A model generated the notes under the pieces. The model was given only the letters and a program-made list of their open reading frames with translations. It was not told the origin of the DNA and made no database searches. From positions 64,001-128,000 of the forward strand of contig JBFWMA010000007.1 in the NCBI GenBank assembly GCA_050251875.1: a DNA stretch of 64,000 nucleotides. Direction: 5' to 3'. This stretch comes from Deferribacterales bacterium (GTDB lineage: Bacteria; Chrysiogenota; Deferribacteres; Deferribacterales; Geovibrionaceae). Of this stretch, positions 7,772-18,723 are shown piece by piece. A program made the translations under genes and the position numbers. Numbering within the stretch: position 1 is the stretch's first letter; every line of letters begins with the position of its first letter.

Positions 7772-10700
7772 TTACTTGTCTTCGATTGAACAGTCGACTT
7801 TAGCAAGCTCTTTGTACAGCTTGAATCTCTGACGGGATTTCATGCTGGCGAACTCTACTATAGCGTCTGCTTTGTCGGGGAACATTTTCTGTACTACACG
7901 GAATCTGTTCTCTGTAGCCATGAACTCTTTCAGAGTCATGGAAGGATCTTTGCTGTCCAGAGTCAGGGGGTTTTTGCCCTCTTCTCTCATAGCGGGGTTG
8001 AATCTGAACAGAGGCCAGTAGCCGGAAGCAACAGCTTTTCTCTGAGCGTCCACACCTTCGGTCATGGTGATACCGTGAGCGATACAGTGTGAGTAAGCGA
8101 TGATGATTGAAGGACCATCGTGGGCTTCAGCCTCAACAAACGCTTTGATCACCTGAGCGGGGTTGGACAGAGAAACTCTGGCAACATATATGTGACCGTA
8201 GGTCATGCATATCATGGAGAGGTCTTTCTTCTCAGCAGCCTTACCGGAGAAAGCGAACTTCGCCTGAGCGCCAATAGGTGTTGATTTAGAAGCCTGACCG
8301 CCTGTGTTTGAGTACACTTCTGTATCCAGAACCAGAACGTTGATGTTCTCGTTGGAAGCCAGAACGTGATCCAGACCGCCGTAACCGATGTCATACGCCC
8401 ATCCGTCACCGCCGACAATCCATACTGATTTTTTAACCAGATAGTCTGCCAGAGAGATAAGGTTTTTAGCGTCTGCTCCGCCTATTTTCTCCAGAGCGGC
8501 TTTCAGCTGAGCGATTCTTGCTCTCTGAGCCTCGATCTGAAGCTGATCTTTCTGCTCTGCTGTTTTGATCTCTTCAACAAGTTTTTTGTCGAGTTTATCA
8601 GCAAGTTTGTCCAGAAGCTCGTTAGCCTGAACAGTGAACTGGTCTACTGTGAGTCTCAGACCATAACCGAACTCGGCGTTGTCCTCGAACAGTGAGTTAG
8701 ACCATGCGGGTCCTCTGCCGTCACATCTTTTTGTGTAAGGTGTGGTGGGCAGGTTACCGCCATAGATAGATGAACAGCCTGTGGCGTTAGCGATGAGCGC
8801 TCTGTCGCCGAAGAGCTGAGCCAGCAGTTTGATGTAGGGAGTTTCGCCGCAGCCTGCGCATGCGCCGGAGAACTCGAACATGTGAGGAGCCAGCTGAGAG
8901 CCTTTAAGGCTTGCTTTGTTGTATTTCTCGTTAGGAAGCTCGGGCAGAGACAGGAAGAAGTCGAAATTCTTCATCTCCTGCTCGCGCAGAGGAAGCTGGG
9001 GAGCCATGTTGATGGCTTTGTGCTCGGGGTTTGTTTTGCTCTTGGCGGGGCAGTTGTAAACACAAGCGCCGCAGCCTGTACAGTCCTCGGGAGCGACCTG
9101 AACAGTGAACTTCATGCCGTCGAACTCTTTGCCTTTAGCGTCCATTGATTTGAAAGAAGCGGGAGCTTTTGAAAGCTCTTTCGCATCGTAAACCATAGTA
9201 CGGATAGCGGCGTGGGGGCATACGAATGAACAGATAGCGCACTGTATGCAGAGTTCTGTATCCCACTCGGGAATGTGAACAGCGATGTTGCGTTTTTCGA
9301 ACTTGGCGGTTCCTGTGGGGAATGTACCATCGTTAGGAAGCTGACCGACTGATACTTCATCGCCTCTCATGGCAACGAGCATGCTGGTTGTGCCTTTAAC
9401 AAAGTCAGAAGCGTCTTTGTCTGTCACACAGTTGTTTATCAGCGGGAACTCAACAGCGCCGTCAGCGGCTTTTCCGCCCTGACCGGGGTATTTAACTTCT
9501 TTAAGACCTGTGGAGCCTGCGTCAACAGAGTCGTTGTTCATTTTTACAACTTTGTCGCCGTATCTGCCGTAAGTCTTTTTGTTAGCGCCTTTGATGGCTT
9601 CTGTAACAACGTTGAAGTCAACGATGTTGGAGATTTTGAAGAAAGCTGTCTGAAGGATAACGTTGTAGCGTGATCCGAGACCGATCTCTTCCGCCAGGTC
9701 AACAGCGTTGATGGTGTAAACTTTAGCCTGTTTAGCGACTATCTGTTTCTGAACAACTTCAGGAATGTGCTGCCAGATCTCGTCAGCGGTGTACTGGCTG
9801 TTGATCAGGAAAGTTCCGTTAGCTTTCAGATATTTGAGCATGTCGTATTTCTCAAGGAATGAGAAGTTGTGGCATGCGACAAAGTCAGCTTTCTGAACCA
9901 GATAGGAGCTTTTGATATCTCTTTTGCCGAATCTCAGGTGAGATGTTGTCATTGAGCCGGCTTTTTTAGAGTCGTAAACGAAGTAAGCCTGAACTGTGTT
10001 TTCTGTCAGGTCGCCGATGATTTTAGCGGAGTTTTTGTTAGCGCCCACTGTACCGTCTGAACCCAGACCGAAGAACATAGCGTTGAAAACATCGTCCTGA
10101 GGAGTCAGCCAGTTTTCATCATAGTTAAGGCTGAGGTTTGTAACGTCATCCTTGATACCTACTGTGAAGCCGTTCATGGGCTCTTTAGCGTCAAGGTTGT
10201 CGAAAACGGCTTTAACCATAGCGGGTGTGAACTCTTTAGAGCCCAGACCGTAACGTCCGCCGACTATAACGGGGTAGCCGTTGAATTTGTAAAGTTTTTT
10301 CTGCATAGCTTCGCCGATGGCTGTACGAACATCAAGATACATAGGCTCGCCGATTGAGCCGGGCTCTTTTGTTCTGTCCAGAACCGCCATTTTTGAGCAT
10401 GTAGCGGGGATAGCTTTTATGAAGTCTTCGAGGGGGAAAGGTCTGTAAAGTCTGATTTTGATAAGACCGACTTTTTCGCCGCAGGCGTTCATGTATGAAA
10501 CTGCCTCTTCAGCGACATCAGCGCCTGAACCCATGATTATCAGAACTTTTTCAGCATCCGGAGCGCCGAAGTAGTCAACAAGGCTGTACTGGCGACCTGT
10601 CAGTTTACCGAATTTATCCATCTGTTTTTTCATGATGGCGGGGAAATCCTGATAGAACTTGTTGACGGTCTCTTTCGCCTGGAAGAATACGTCAGGGTTC

Positions 10701-11362
10701 TGTGATGTACCTTTTATAGTGGGAGTGTCGGGGTTAAGAGCTCTTTTTCTGTGGGCGATAACCAGATCGTCACAGATCATCTCTCTCATCTCTTCTTTGC
10801 TCAGCTCTATAGTGGTGCGGAGTTCGTGAGATGTTCTGAAACCATCGAAGAAGTGAAGAACGGGTACTCTGCCTTCCAGAGCGGCCGCCTGAGAAATCAG
10901 AGCGAAATCCATAACTTCCTGAGGGTTGTTGGATGCCAGCATGGACCATCCTGTCTGACGGCATGCCATAACGTCTGAATGGTCGCCGAAGATAGAAAGA
11001 GCGTGTGTGGCAAGGGCACGGGCTGAAACATGGAAGACTGTGGGAGTCAGTTCGCCCGCTATCTTATACATATTAGGGATCATCAGAAGAAGACCCTGAG
11101 AAGCTGTAAATGTAGTAGTAAGAGCACCCGCTGAAAGCGCGCCGTGAACTGCTCCGGACGCTCCTCCCTCGGACTGAAGCTCAACGACCTTCGGAACACT
11201 GCCCCAGATGTTCTTTTCGCCCACTGCGGACTTTTCATCAGAAATCTCTCCCATAACGGATGAGGGTGTGATAGGATAGATAGCGATTACTTCGTTCGTC
11301 GCGTGTGCGACATGGGCGGCGGCGGTGTTGCCGTCGATGATAACTTTGTTGTTTTTCGACAT
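7772..11362 (-). CDS. nifJ: Pyruvate:ferredoxin/flavodoxin oxidoreductase, single-chain
   Basis: YPITPS, QSEGGA, FTASQGLLLM, two 4Fe-4S motifs, GACAGCGE, GGDGWAYDIG, YSNTGGQ. Start at MSKNNK. Confidence 0.97.
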   Translation of the reverse strand: MSKNNKVIIDGNTAAAHVAHATNEVIAIYPITPSSVMGEISDEKSAVGEKNIWGSVPKVVELQSEGGASGAVHGALSAGALTTTFTASQGLLLMIPNMYKIAGELTPTVFHVSARALATHALSIFGDHSDVMACRQTGWSMLASNNPQEVMDFALISQAAALEGRVPVLHFFDGFRTSHELRTTIELSKEEMREMICDDLVIAHRKRALNPDTPTIKGTSQNPDVFFQAKETVNKFYQDFPAIMKKQMDKFGKLTGRQYSLVDYFGAPDAEKVLIIMGSGADVAEEAVSYMNACGEKVGLIKIRLYRPFPLEDFIKAIPATCSKMAVLDRTKEPGSIGEPMYLDVRTAIGEAMQKKLYKFNGYPVIVGGRYGLGSKEFTPAMVKAVFDNLDAKEPMNGFTVGIKDDVTNLSLNYDENWLTPQDDVFNAMFFGLGSDGTVGANKNSAKIIGDLTENTVQAYFVYDSKKAGSMTTSHLRFGKRDIKSSYLVQKADFVACHNFSFLEKYDMLKYLKANGTFLINSQYTADEIWQHIPEVVQKQIVAKQAKVYTINAVDLAEEIGLGSRYNVILQTAFFKISNIVDFNVVTEAIKGANKKTYGRYGDKVVKMNNDSVDAGSTGLKEVKYPGQGGKAADGAVEFPLINNCVTDKDASDFVKGTTSMLVAMRGDEVSVGQLPNDGTFPTGTAKFEKRNIAVHIPEWDTELCIQCAICSFVCPHAAIRTMVYDAKELSKAPASFKSMDAKGKEFDGMKFTVQVAPEDCTGCGACVYNCPAKSKTNPEHKAINMAPQLPLREQEMKNFDFFLSLPELPNEKYNKASLKGSQLAPHMFEFSGACAGCGETPYIKLLAQLFGDRALIANATGCSSIYGGNLPTTPYTKRCDGRGPAWSNSLFEDNAEFGYGLRLTVDQFTVQANELLDKLADKLDKKLVEEIKTAEQKDQLQIEAQRARIAQLKAALEKIGGADAKNLISLADYLVKKSVWIVGGDGWAYDIGYGGLDHVLASNENINVLVLDTEVYSNTGGQASKSTPIGAQAKFAFSGKAAEKKDLSMICMTYGHIYVARVSLSNPAQVIKAFVEAEAHDGPSIIIAYSHCIAHGITMTEGVDAQRKAVASGYWPLFRFNPAMREEGKNPLTLDSKDPSMTLKEFMATENRFRVVQKMFPDKADAIVEFASMKSRQRFKLYKELAKVDCSIEDK

Positions 11363-11513
11363 ACCATTCACTCCTTGTAGTTTTAAAAATAAGTTCTAAT
11401 CTTATTTGATGTAATTAAAAGTTAAAAGACCGTTTTACTATACATATTTTCAATATCTCAGTCAACTAGATTTCTTGTTTTCAACAACAGAGTAATGATA
11501 TATAATCTTTTTT

Positions 11514-12290
11514 ATGAGAAAGACCATTGAACGCACCGGACAGAAAGCTATTGATTCCATGCGGTTTTTTGCCGGATACTTTGCCTTTACTGTTGCGTTT
11601 TTCAAAGGGTGTTTTAATCCGCATATTTTTTACCCTTCAGTAAAATTAGTCTTCCGCAGACAGATATATTTCACAGGCGTTCAGATCCTCCCCACCTTCT
11701 CTTTCGTGTCGCTGGCTCTGGGACTGGCTTTGGTGGGCGGACTCACTAAGTTCATGGTTCAGTTCGGCGCAGAATCAGCCGTGGGCAGCGTGCTTGTCAC
11801 CACCACGGTAAAAGAGCTCGCTCCGCTTGTCACAGCGATACTTCTGACGCTCAGAACATCCACAGCCGTCACAGCCGAAATAGCCCTGATGAAGATGAAC
11901 AGAGAGATAGATACGCTCAAGTCGCTCTCCATAGACCCTTTCGTCTATTTATACATACCCAGAATACTCTCCGGAGTTATATGTATGTCTGCCCTGTCTA
12001 TCATATTTGTTTACATTTCTATTTTGGGCGGATATCTGATTCTTAGTTTTAATCTGAACATATCATTTGATTTTCTAATAGGAACTATTTTTGACGCCTT
12101 CACTTTGAACATTGTATTAGTATTTTTTATAAAGATCATACTTCTCGGATATTTTCTGATGTCTATTCCTATCTATACCGCTCTGCAAGTGGGAAACGCT
12201 GTAACGGAAATTCCTATAGCCCTGCTTAGAGGAATGTTCCGTCTCTTTTACGCTATAATAATTGTAGAGATCATCGGAGTGATATTATGA
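11514..12290 (+). CDS. mlaE: MlaE-family ABC permease
   Basis: RQIYFTGVQ, KELAPLVTA, AEIALMK..EIDTL..DP..PR; multiple TM segments. Confidence 0.85.
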   Translation: MRKTIERTGQKAIDSMRFFAGYFAFTVAFFKGCFNPHIFYPSVKLVFRRQIYFTGVQILPTFSFVSLALGLALVGGLTKFMVQFGAESAVGSVLVTTTVKELAPLVTAILLTLRTSTAVTAEIALMKMNREIDTLKSLSIDPFVYLYIPRILSGVICMSALSIIFVYISILGGYLILSFNLNISFDFLIGTIFDAFTLNIVLVFFIKIILLGYFLMSIPIYTALQVGNAVTEIPIALLRGMFRLFYAIIIVEIIGVIL

Positions 12291-12802
12291 GCAAGTACCT
12301 TATATATTACGAACATGAAGACACAGCGGACGCATGGATGGCGACTCTGATGTGTTATGCCGACCAGAAAAGGCTGGGCATAGTGTCCGGCACATTCCCC
12401 ATCATAGGTAATCTTTCCGTCATCGAAAACATTCTTCTGCCGGCGGCATATCATCATAAAACAAGCTATGATGAGGGCGAGAGAGCTATTATAAAGGATC
12501 TCAGAAAATTCAACATAGAGCATCACCTCCACTCCAGAAGCAACCAGCTGAACAACTTTGAACGATTCATTGTTAAATTTCTTCAGGTAAAATATCTGGA
12601 ACCGGACTGGACGGTTTTTTTCAACCCCAGAAGGATGTTCATAGCTGAATACGAGGAGCAGTTTCACCAATTTTTACGCTGTGAAGATCTGAAAAAATCG
12701 GTTATCATAGAACATGAAAAACATAGATACCTCTTTGAGGATATGAACGATTACATCGAAAAGGATTTTGACCTATGGGCGACCCAAGATTTAAGCATAT
12801 AG
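12287..12802 (+). CDS. Truncated, degenerate ABC-ATPase-like protein in the MlaF position
   Basis: PIIGNLSVIENILLP resembles the ABC Q-loop/helical region. No Walker A; signature and Walker B are degenerate. Confidence 0.6.
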   Translation: MSKYLIYYEHEDTADAWMATLMCYADQKRLGIVSGTFPIIGNLSVIENILLPAAYHHKTSYDEGERAIIKDLRKFNIEHHLHSRSNQLNNFERFIVKFLQVKYLEPDWTVFFNPRRMFIAEYEEQFHQFLRCEDLKKSVIIEHEKHRYLFEDMNDYIEKDFDLWATQDLSI

Positions 12803-13803
12803 AATTTAAAGTAGGCATATTCATCTTTGCCGCCATGATACTGATATTGGCGTTTCTGACCGGATTTCTCATCCAGCAGAATTTTTTCTCGTCAAAAGTG
12901 AAGGTAATCTTTATCTCGGAATCAGGCGAGGGACTCTCCAAGAGCATGCCCGTCATGTATTCCGGATTTCAGATCGCCAGGGTCTACAGCATCGAGCTGA
13001 GGGATGACGGTCTGGTGGAACTGAGAGCTAAAATTCCCGTCAGATACAAGAAATGGGTAAAACCTCAGTCTGACGCCAAGATTCAGGCTCAGGGCGTCAT
13101 CGGCGCCAATGCCGTTGTTCTCTCCGGCGGGCTGGAGTCTCCGGAAGAGATACATGACGGACAGACATATAAGCTGACCCGTGAGCAGGCGATCGCCGAT
13201 CTGATAAAGAAATTCGAGCCCATGCTGGACAATATAAAACATATATTAGAAAACGTGGACAATGTGACAGCCTCTGTGTCTAACAAAAAACAAAGCATAG
13301 AAGAGCTGCTGGGCGGTCTGGGCGATCTGGGCAGCGATGTTTCGAAAAAAGAGGGCTCAGTGGGATTTCTCACCCGCTCAGATTATCTGAAAAACGAAGT
13401 TCAGTCCATCATGACAAAGATACAGGTGGCTCAGGACAATCTGATAGAGATCACAAACAAAGTGGACACAGCGGTAGCCGGTGTCAACGACAGGGTAACT
13501 GAAGCGAAACCCGCCATAGCTGACCTGGATAAAGGCATCATAGCCATCAAGGAAGGCGCGGAGGACATAGGCAAACTGGCGCAGAACATAAACAAAACCG
13601 TGGATAAGCTCCAGAAGACTGTGAGCAACACCAACAAGATAACAACAGATGTCGCCGATTCCACCACCGATCTGAAAGCGCTCAGAAAACAGACGGACGA
13701 CATACTGAACACATCCAACAGAATTCTGCTGAATATGGAAGAGAAGTGGCCCTTCAACGGATCCGACACCATAAAAGCGGATGAGAAGGTAAAACTGCCA
13801 TGA
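12775..13803 (+). CDS. MlaD/MCE-domain protein with long helical C-terminus
   Basis: N-terminal TM, GL..PVMYSGFQIARV MCE motif, then a coiled coil. Confidence 0.85.
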   Translation: MGDPRFKHIEFKVGIFIFAAMILILAFLTGFLIQQNFFSSKVKVIFISESGEGLSKSMPVMYSGFQIARVYSIELRDDGLVELRAKIPVRYKKWVKPQSDAKIQAQGVIGANAVVLSGGLESPEEIHDGQTYKLTREQAIADLIKKFEPMLDNIKHILENVDNVTASVSNKKQSIEELLGGLGDLGSDVSKKEGSVGFLTRSDYLKNEVQSIMTKIQVAQDNLIEITNKVDTAVAGVNDRVTEAKPAIADLDKGIIAIKEGAEDIGKLAQNINKTVDKLQKTVSNTNKITTDVADSTTDLKALRKQTDDILNTSNRILLNMEEKWPFNGSDTIKADEKVKLP

Positions 13804-14474
13804 GGAAACTTATCATATTAACAGCGACCGCTCTGATCATATTCTCATGCGGCTCAAAACCGAAAAGCTCCCCCGACTTCCTCTACGGAAGCAAGCTGTA
13901 CAGCCAGTTTCAGATGTATTATCTGAAGGGTGACGCTAAACTCGCCGACTATAACTTCTACAAATCAGAAGCCCAGTTCATGAAAGTGGACAGCGTGTGC
14001 AACCTTTCCCGTATATTTATCGGGCGCTTCGTGATTCAGGAGACAGGCGAAGATACCGCTTCTCTGGAAGTGGCTAAAAATTATGCAGAGGCAGGCAGAT
14101 GTTCCGAGGAAAACAACATCATAGCCTACCTCGAAAATAAAGATTTCGACAAAAACAAATTAACAGAACCGTACAATACTATCAGTAAGTTATCTATCAA
14201 AGACATGGCATCCGCAGACGAAAACTCATACTTAGATGATGTTACCAAAACAAGGCTATTGAGAAAAGCATCGATTAATTATATAATGCAGAATCCTGCT
14301 CTTTCCGAAGAGATAGCCGAAAAAGCCATCGCTATTGACAAGCTCAACGGATGGTCGCTTAACATACTGCGGGACTTGATTATTATCAAAGAAGCACGTT
14401 TAAAGCAGAACAAAGAAGTCAAGGATATCGAAACAAGGATAAAGCTGATCAAGACTCAGCTGATTAAGAAATAG
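13800..14474 (+). CDS. Lipoprotein associated with the MCE locus
   Basis: Signal peptide with lipobox IIFSC; start overlaps the previous stop. Confidence 0.7.
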   Translation: MRKLIILTATALIIFSCGSKPKSSPDFLYGSKLYSQFQMYYLKGDAKLADYNFYKSEAQFMKVDSVCNLSRIFIGRFVIQETGEDTASLEVAKNYAEAGRCSEENNIIAYLENKDFDKNKLTEPYNTISKLSIKDMASADENSYLDDVTKTRLLRKASINYIMQNPALSEEIAEKAIAIDKLNGWSLNILRDLIIIKEARLKQNKEVKDIETRIKLIKTQLIKK

Positions 14475-14550
14475 CCATATTGTGGCTAATTTTTAATCAT
14501 AGAGCCAAAACACTGGGTATTGAAAACCCTTTGGTAATGGGGTTTGGAGT

Positions 14551-14567
14551 TTGGCATGCTGATTGCT
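14551..14567 (+). promoter_or_regulatory. Sigma-54 -24/-12 promoter of glnB-glnA
   Basis: TTGGCATGCTGATTGCT with the canonical GG-N10-GC spacing, about 30 nt before the glnB start. Confidence 0.85.
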
Positions 14568-14586
14568 CCTATCCATGTGCTCATAA

Positions 14587-14937
<351 letters not shown>

Positions 14938-14964
14938 TCCGTATACATATATTCAGGAGGCATT

Positions 14965-16374
14965 ATGACACCGAAAGATGTTCTTAAGATGATTAAAGAG
15001 AACGGTATTAAAATGGTTGACATGAAGTTCGTGGATTTCCTCGGCACATGGCAGCACACAACTGTCCCCGCTCACATGGTTGACGAAGATTTCTTCGAAA
15101 ACGGCATGGGCTTCGATGGTTCTTCTATCAGAGGATGGCAGGCGATCAACAACTCAGACATGATCATGGTTCCTGATCCCTCTACTGCTAAAATAGATCC
15201 TTTTGCTCAGATTCCTGTTCTTTACATGATCTGCAACATTTTCGATCCTATCAGCAAAGAGCCCTACTCAAGAGACCCCAGAAACATCGCCAGAAAAGCT
15301 GTTAAATATCTTCAGTCCACAGGCATAGCCGACACAGCTTACTTCGGACCTGAAGCTGAGTTTTTCATCTTTGACAACATTCAGTTCGACTATACAAGAA
15401 ACACAGGATACTTCTTCATCGATTCTGAAGAAGGCGACTGGAACACAGGAGCTGACGGTAAAAACCTCGGATACAAAGTTGCCAACAAAGGCGGCTATTT
15501 CCCCGCTCCTCCCACAGACAGCCTCTGGGACATCCGTAACGAAATGGTTATGACTATGGAGTCTTTGGGACTTACTATCGAAAACTCTCACCACGAAGTT
15601 GCCACAGGCGGTCAGTGTGAGATCGATATGAAATTCCAGGACATGCTTACAATGGCTGATCAGCTTATGACATACAAATATGTTGTAAGAAATGTTGCCG
15701 TTGCTCACGGTCAGACTGCTACTTTCATGCCCAAACCCCTCCACGGAGACAACGGTTCAGGTATGCACGTTCACCAGTCACTGTGGAAAGATGGTAAACC
15801 CCTGTTCGCAGGCGAGAACTATGCCGGACTTTCCGAAATGGCTCTCTACTACATCGGCGGTATCATCAAGCACGCTCACACCATAGCTGCTTTCACAAAC
15901 CCCACAACTAACTCATACAAGAGACTTGTACCCGGATTCGAAGCTCCCGTTTCTCTGGCTTACTCCTCCAGAAACAGATCAGCTTCTATCAGAATCCCCA
16001 TGTACTCACCCTCTCCTAAGGCTAAACGCGTTGAGATCAGATTCCCTGATCCTCTTTGCAACCCCTACATGGCGTTCTCCGTTATGCTGCTTGCCGGTCT
16101 TGACGGTATCCAGAACAAAATCGATCCGGGCGAGCCTATGGATAAAAACCTGTATGACCTCGATCCTATCGAGCTGTCTGCTATTCCCCAGATGCCTTCT
16201 TCACTGGCGCAGTCTATCAACGCTCTTGAAAAAGACCACGACTTCCTGCTTAAAGGCGATGTCTTCACAGAAGATGCTATCGCAAGCTGGATCGAGTACA
16301 AAAGAGCTAACGAGATCTCCGCTATTGACAGCAGACCTCACCCCTACGAATTCAAAATGTACTTCGACGCTTAA
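14965..16374 (+). CDS. glnA: Glutamine synthetase type I
   Basis: [40 protein letters not shown]; adenylylation-site NLYDL. Confidence 0.97.
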   Translation: MTPKDVLKMIKENGIKMVDMKFVDFLGTWQHTTVPAHMVDEDFFENGMGFDGSSIRGWQAINNSDMIMVPDPSTAKIDPFAQIPVLYMICNIFDPISKEPYSRDPRNIARKAVKYLQSTGIADTAYFGPEAEFFIFDNIQFDYTRNTGYFFIDSEEGDWNTGADGKNLGYKVANKGGYFPAPPTDSLWDIRNEMVMTMESLGLTIENSHHEVATGGQCEIDMKFQDMLTMADQLMTYKYVVRNVAVAHGQTATFMPKPLHGDNGSGMHVHQSLWKDGKPLFAGENYAGLSEMALYYIGGIIKHAHTIAAFTNPTTNSYKRLVPGFEAPVSLAYSSRNRSASIRIPMYSPSPKAKRVEIRFPDPLCNPYMAFSVMLLAGLDGIQNKIDPGEPMDKNLYDLDPIELSAIPQMPSSLAQSINALEKDHDFLLKGDVFTEDAIASWIEYKRANEISAIDSRPHPYEFKMYFDA

Positions 16375-16396
16375 TAAGCGGACAGGTAAACATATT

Positions 16397-16430
16397 AAAA
16401 AAGGCGGACTTAATTGTCCGCCTTTTTTTT
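16397..16430. terminator. Bidirectional intrinsic terminator
   Basis: AAAAAAGGCGGAC-TTAATT-GTCCGCCTTTTTTTT between convergent genes. Confidence 0.85.
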
Positions 16431-17580
16431 ATCTATATCTCTGCATACCCTCTTCTATACTCTCATAAACCGAGGCGTCTTCCGGATGCGGAGCCTTTAC
16501 CCGCTCCACCACGAAACTCCGTTTTTTGCTCAGCTTTATCGTCTCGAACGGGTTACGATAGCTGACGGACGGCAGCTGAACGCCGAAGCTGTAAACCGTC
16601 TTATCGCCGTCAGTGGTTTTTATATATCCGTTCTCTGTGACAGTCTCGCCCTCTTTCAGCATAATAGCGCTGTTGCGCCTTCTGGCGGCGGCTCCCTGAA
16701 ATCTGTTTTTATACACGAATGAGCAGTAATTAACGTCTATGCTCAGCTCAGCGTCTTTCGAATATTTCATCAGCCTCAGCGCCGTCAGCTCCGATTCCAG
16801 CACGGCTACTTTATCACCGTGGAGATAGGTATAGTCCCGCTCTATCAGCTTTTCAAAATTATACGGAGTAAGCCTGAGCTGGTGCAGGTTCAGATGCTTC
16901 ACCCCCATACCGCTCAGCTCACGCATGATGCTTTTCATCAGCTCCGTCTCTTCCGGCACAGCGGGTATCTCCACCGTAACGGTATCTATCACGCCGCATG
17001 CCTTTCTGACGTGCTCTGTGGTGTATCCGTCTGCGCCTATGTCAAAGCGCAACTCATTCAGCCCGGCTTCTTTCAGCCCGGCGACTATCTCATCGGTCAC
17101 CAGAGTCCCGTTGGTATACATCCAGATATACATAGATGGAAACGCCTTTCTGACCGCTTTTATATATGACAAAGTAAGTTTTGGCGTCAGAAGCGGTTCG
17201 CCGCCGCTGATGCTGACCCCGGTGAATCCATATTTTTTCAGATAGACGATGTATTCTTCCGGCGAAACGAACGATATGGAGTTGGTGGTGGGCATACAGT
17301 TTTCGTCCTGCGGAGAGGGACAATAGAAGCATTTGCAGTTGCATTTTCCGTTTATGAACAGACAGGACCAGCCGCCTTCGGAGCATATTCTGCACCCTCC
17401 GGATATTCTGCCGTAATCCGCCTTTGTGCCTTTGGCGCCCCACTCCACCCTGCCGCCGATGGACTCTATCAGGCTTCTTCTCTCCGCCTCTGCCCGCTCG
17501 GCGTCTTCAGGTTTCAGAAACCTGATCCGGTCATATCTCTCGCCGTATTCTTTCCTGTTAAGCTCTTCATATCTGTTCAT
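16429..17580 (-). CDS. Radical SAM protein of unknown substrate
   Basis: CNCKCFYC and SGGEP, plus an extra GCRIC. Start at MNRYEE. Confidence 0.85.
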   Translation of the reverse strand: MNRYEELNRKEYGERYDRIRFLKPEDAERAEAERRSLIESIGGRVEWGAKGTKADYGRISGGCRICSEGGWSCLFINGKCNCKCFYCPSPQDENCMPTTNSISFVSPEEYIVYLKKYGFTGVSISGGEPLLTPKLTLSYIKAVRKAFPSMYIWMYTNGTLVTDEIVAGLKEAGLNELRFDIGADGYTTEHVRKACGVIDTVTVEIPAVPEETELMKSIMRELSGMGVKHLNLHQLRLTPYNFEKLIERDYTYLHGDKVAVLESELTALRLMKYSKDAELSIDVNYCSFVYKNRFQGAAARRRNSAIMLKEGETVTENGYIKTTDGDKTVYSFGVQLPSVSYRNPFETIKLSKKRSFVVERVKAPHPEDASVYESIEEGMQRYR

Positions 17581-17823
17581 ATATTCTCCTGAAAAAATAT
17601 ACCTTATACCGGAAATCAAATAAACAGATAAGTTATTGTAAACAAATAATTTCTATGCAGTTAAATTAACTACATGTCAGATATGGATACTACATATATA
17701 AAAATGTGAATATTAACTTGCGAATGAGTTATCAGCAGGTTAGAATTAACCGATGTGTTTCATATTGAAGTTTTTACTGCTGTAAATTTGAGTATGAGAC
17801 ATAAATACACCACGGAGTTATTT

Positions 17824-18723
17824 ATGTTTAACAAGTTCAGTCTTTTTGTATTATCTGTTCTTTTCATCCTGCTCGCGGGCTGCGCCAGCACGGAGATCTA
17901 TAACAACAGCCAGCAGAGCATCGCAAGAACCAACGAATCGCTTAGAATGCAGAAGAGCGGTCCGGATGTTTCATCTCTTGGACAATATGCCGCCTCTGAA
18001 GGCGGAAAGTATTATTTTAACCTGGTAAACGCATACGTTTCAGATCCCCTCACTATCCCCGCCATAGAAGCCGATCCGGCTACAAACGAAAAAGCGGCAT
18101 ATATATCTGAAAAAACCGTTGAATTTACAAAAAAAGCAATGAAAAAGAGCGTTAAAGAGGGCAAATCAACCAACAACTTCGCCATGCAGGTGATAAAAGA
18201 GGCAGAGGCAGCCGCCAACAACCCCATAAGAATTTTCACTAACCCTCCCGCAGGAGCCGAATACGGTTATGTGAAATTCAGAAAAGGCTATGATCAGCAA
18301 TATGTAAAATCAGAGGATTCATACGACCTTTTCATCGATTTCCCCACCAATTCTCTGGAAGAGGCTGACAAGTTAAAAGAGCAGACAATGGCTTATTTTG
18401 ACGAATTCATAACCAAAGAAAACACATGGAAAAAAGATACAAAAGTCGGCAAAGATTCCACTGAAAACGCTATAAAAAGCATAAAAGCAAGCAGAGACAC
18501 AATAGCAAAATATTCAAAAGCCGCAGATAAAGAAAAAACTCTGAAAGAGCTGGATGCTTCTATAGCCGGTCTTCAGAAACAGATAGACGAAGATAAATTT
18601 CCTAATGTCTGCGTATATTCCTACTCATGGAAAGCAGGAAATAATTTAAACACGATTTCTTTCAATCTCAGTACAGATGAAACAGGGCTTCACCTCAGCG
18701 GAATGACCTGGATCAACAAATAA
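17824..18723 (+). CDS. Lipoprotein of unknown function
   Basis: MFNKFSLFVLSVLFILLAG-C lipobox; GGAG RBS; TAATG coupling to the next gene. Confidence 0.75.
   Translation: MFNKFSLFVLSVLFILLAGCASTEIYNNSQQSIARTNESLRMQKSGPDVSSLGQYAASEGGKYYFNLVNAYVSDPLTIPAIEADPATNEKAAYISEKTVEFTKKAMKKSVKEGKSTNNFAMQVIKEAEAAANNPIRIFTNPPAGAEYGYVKFRKGYDQQYVKSEDSYDLFIDFPTNSLEEADKLKEQTMAYFDEFITKENTWKKDTKVGKDSTENAIKSIKASRDTIAKYSKAADKEKTLKELDASIAGLQKQIDEDKFPNVCVYSYSWKAGNNLNTISFNLSTDETGLHLSGMTWINK

Noticed and set aside
7564..7806. 81 aa N-terminal extension of the lysozyme ORF in the ORF track
   Set aside because: It runs through the nifJ stop and terminator. The ATG at 7563 has a GGAGG RBS and matches the start of the domain.
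11406..11419. FNR-like site upstream of nifJ (TTGAT-GTAA-TTAAA)
   Set aside because: The second half-site is poor and the region is AT-rich, so chance is likely.
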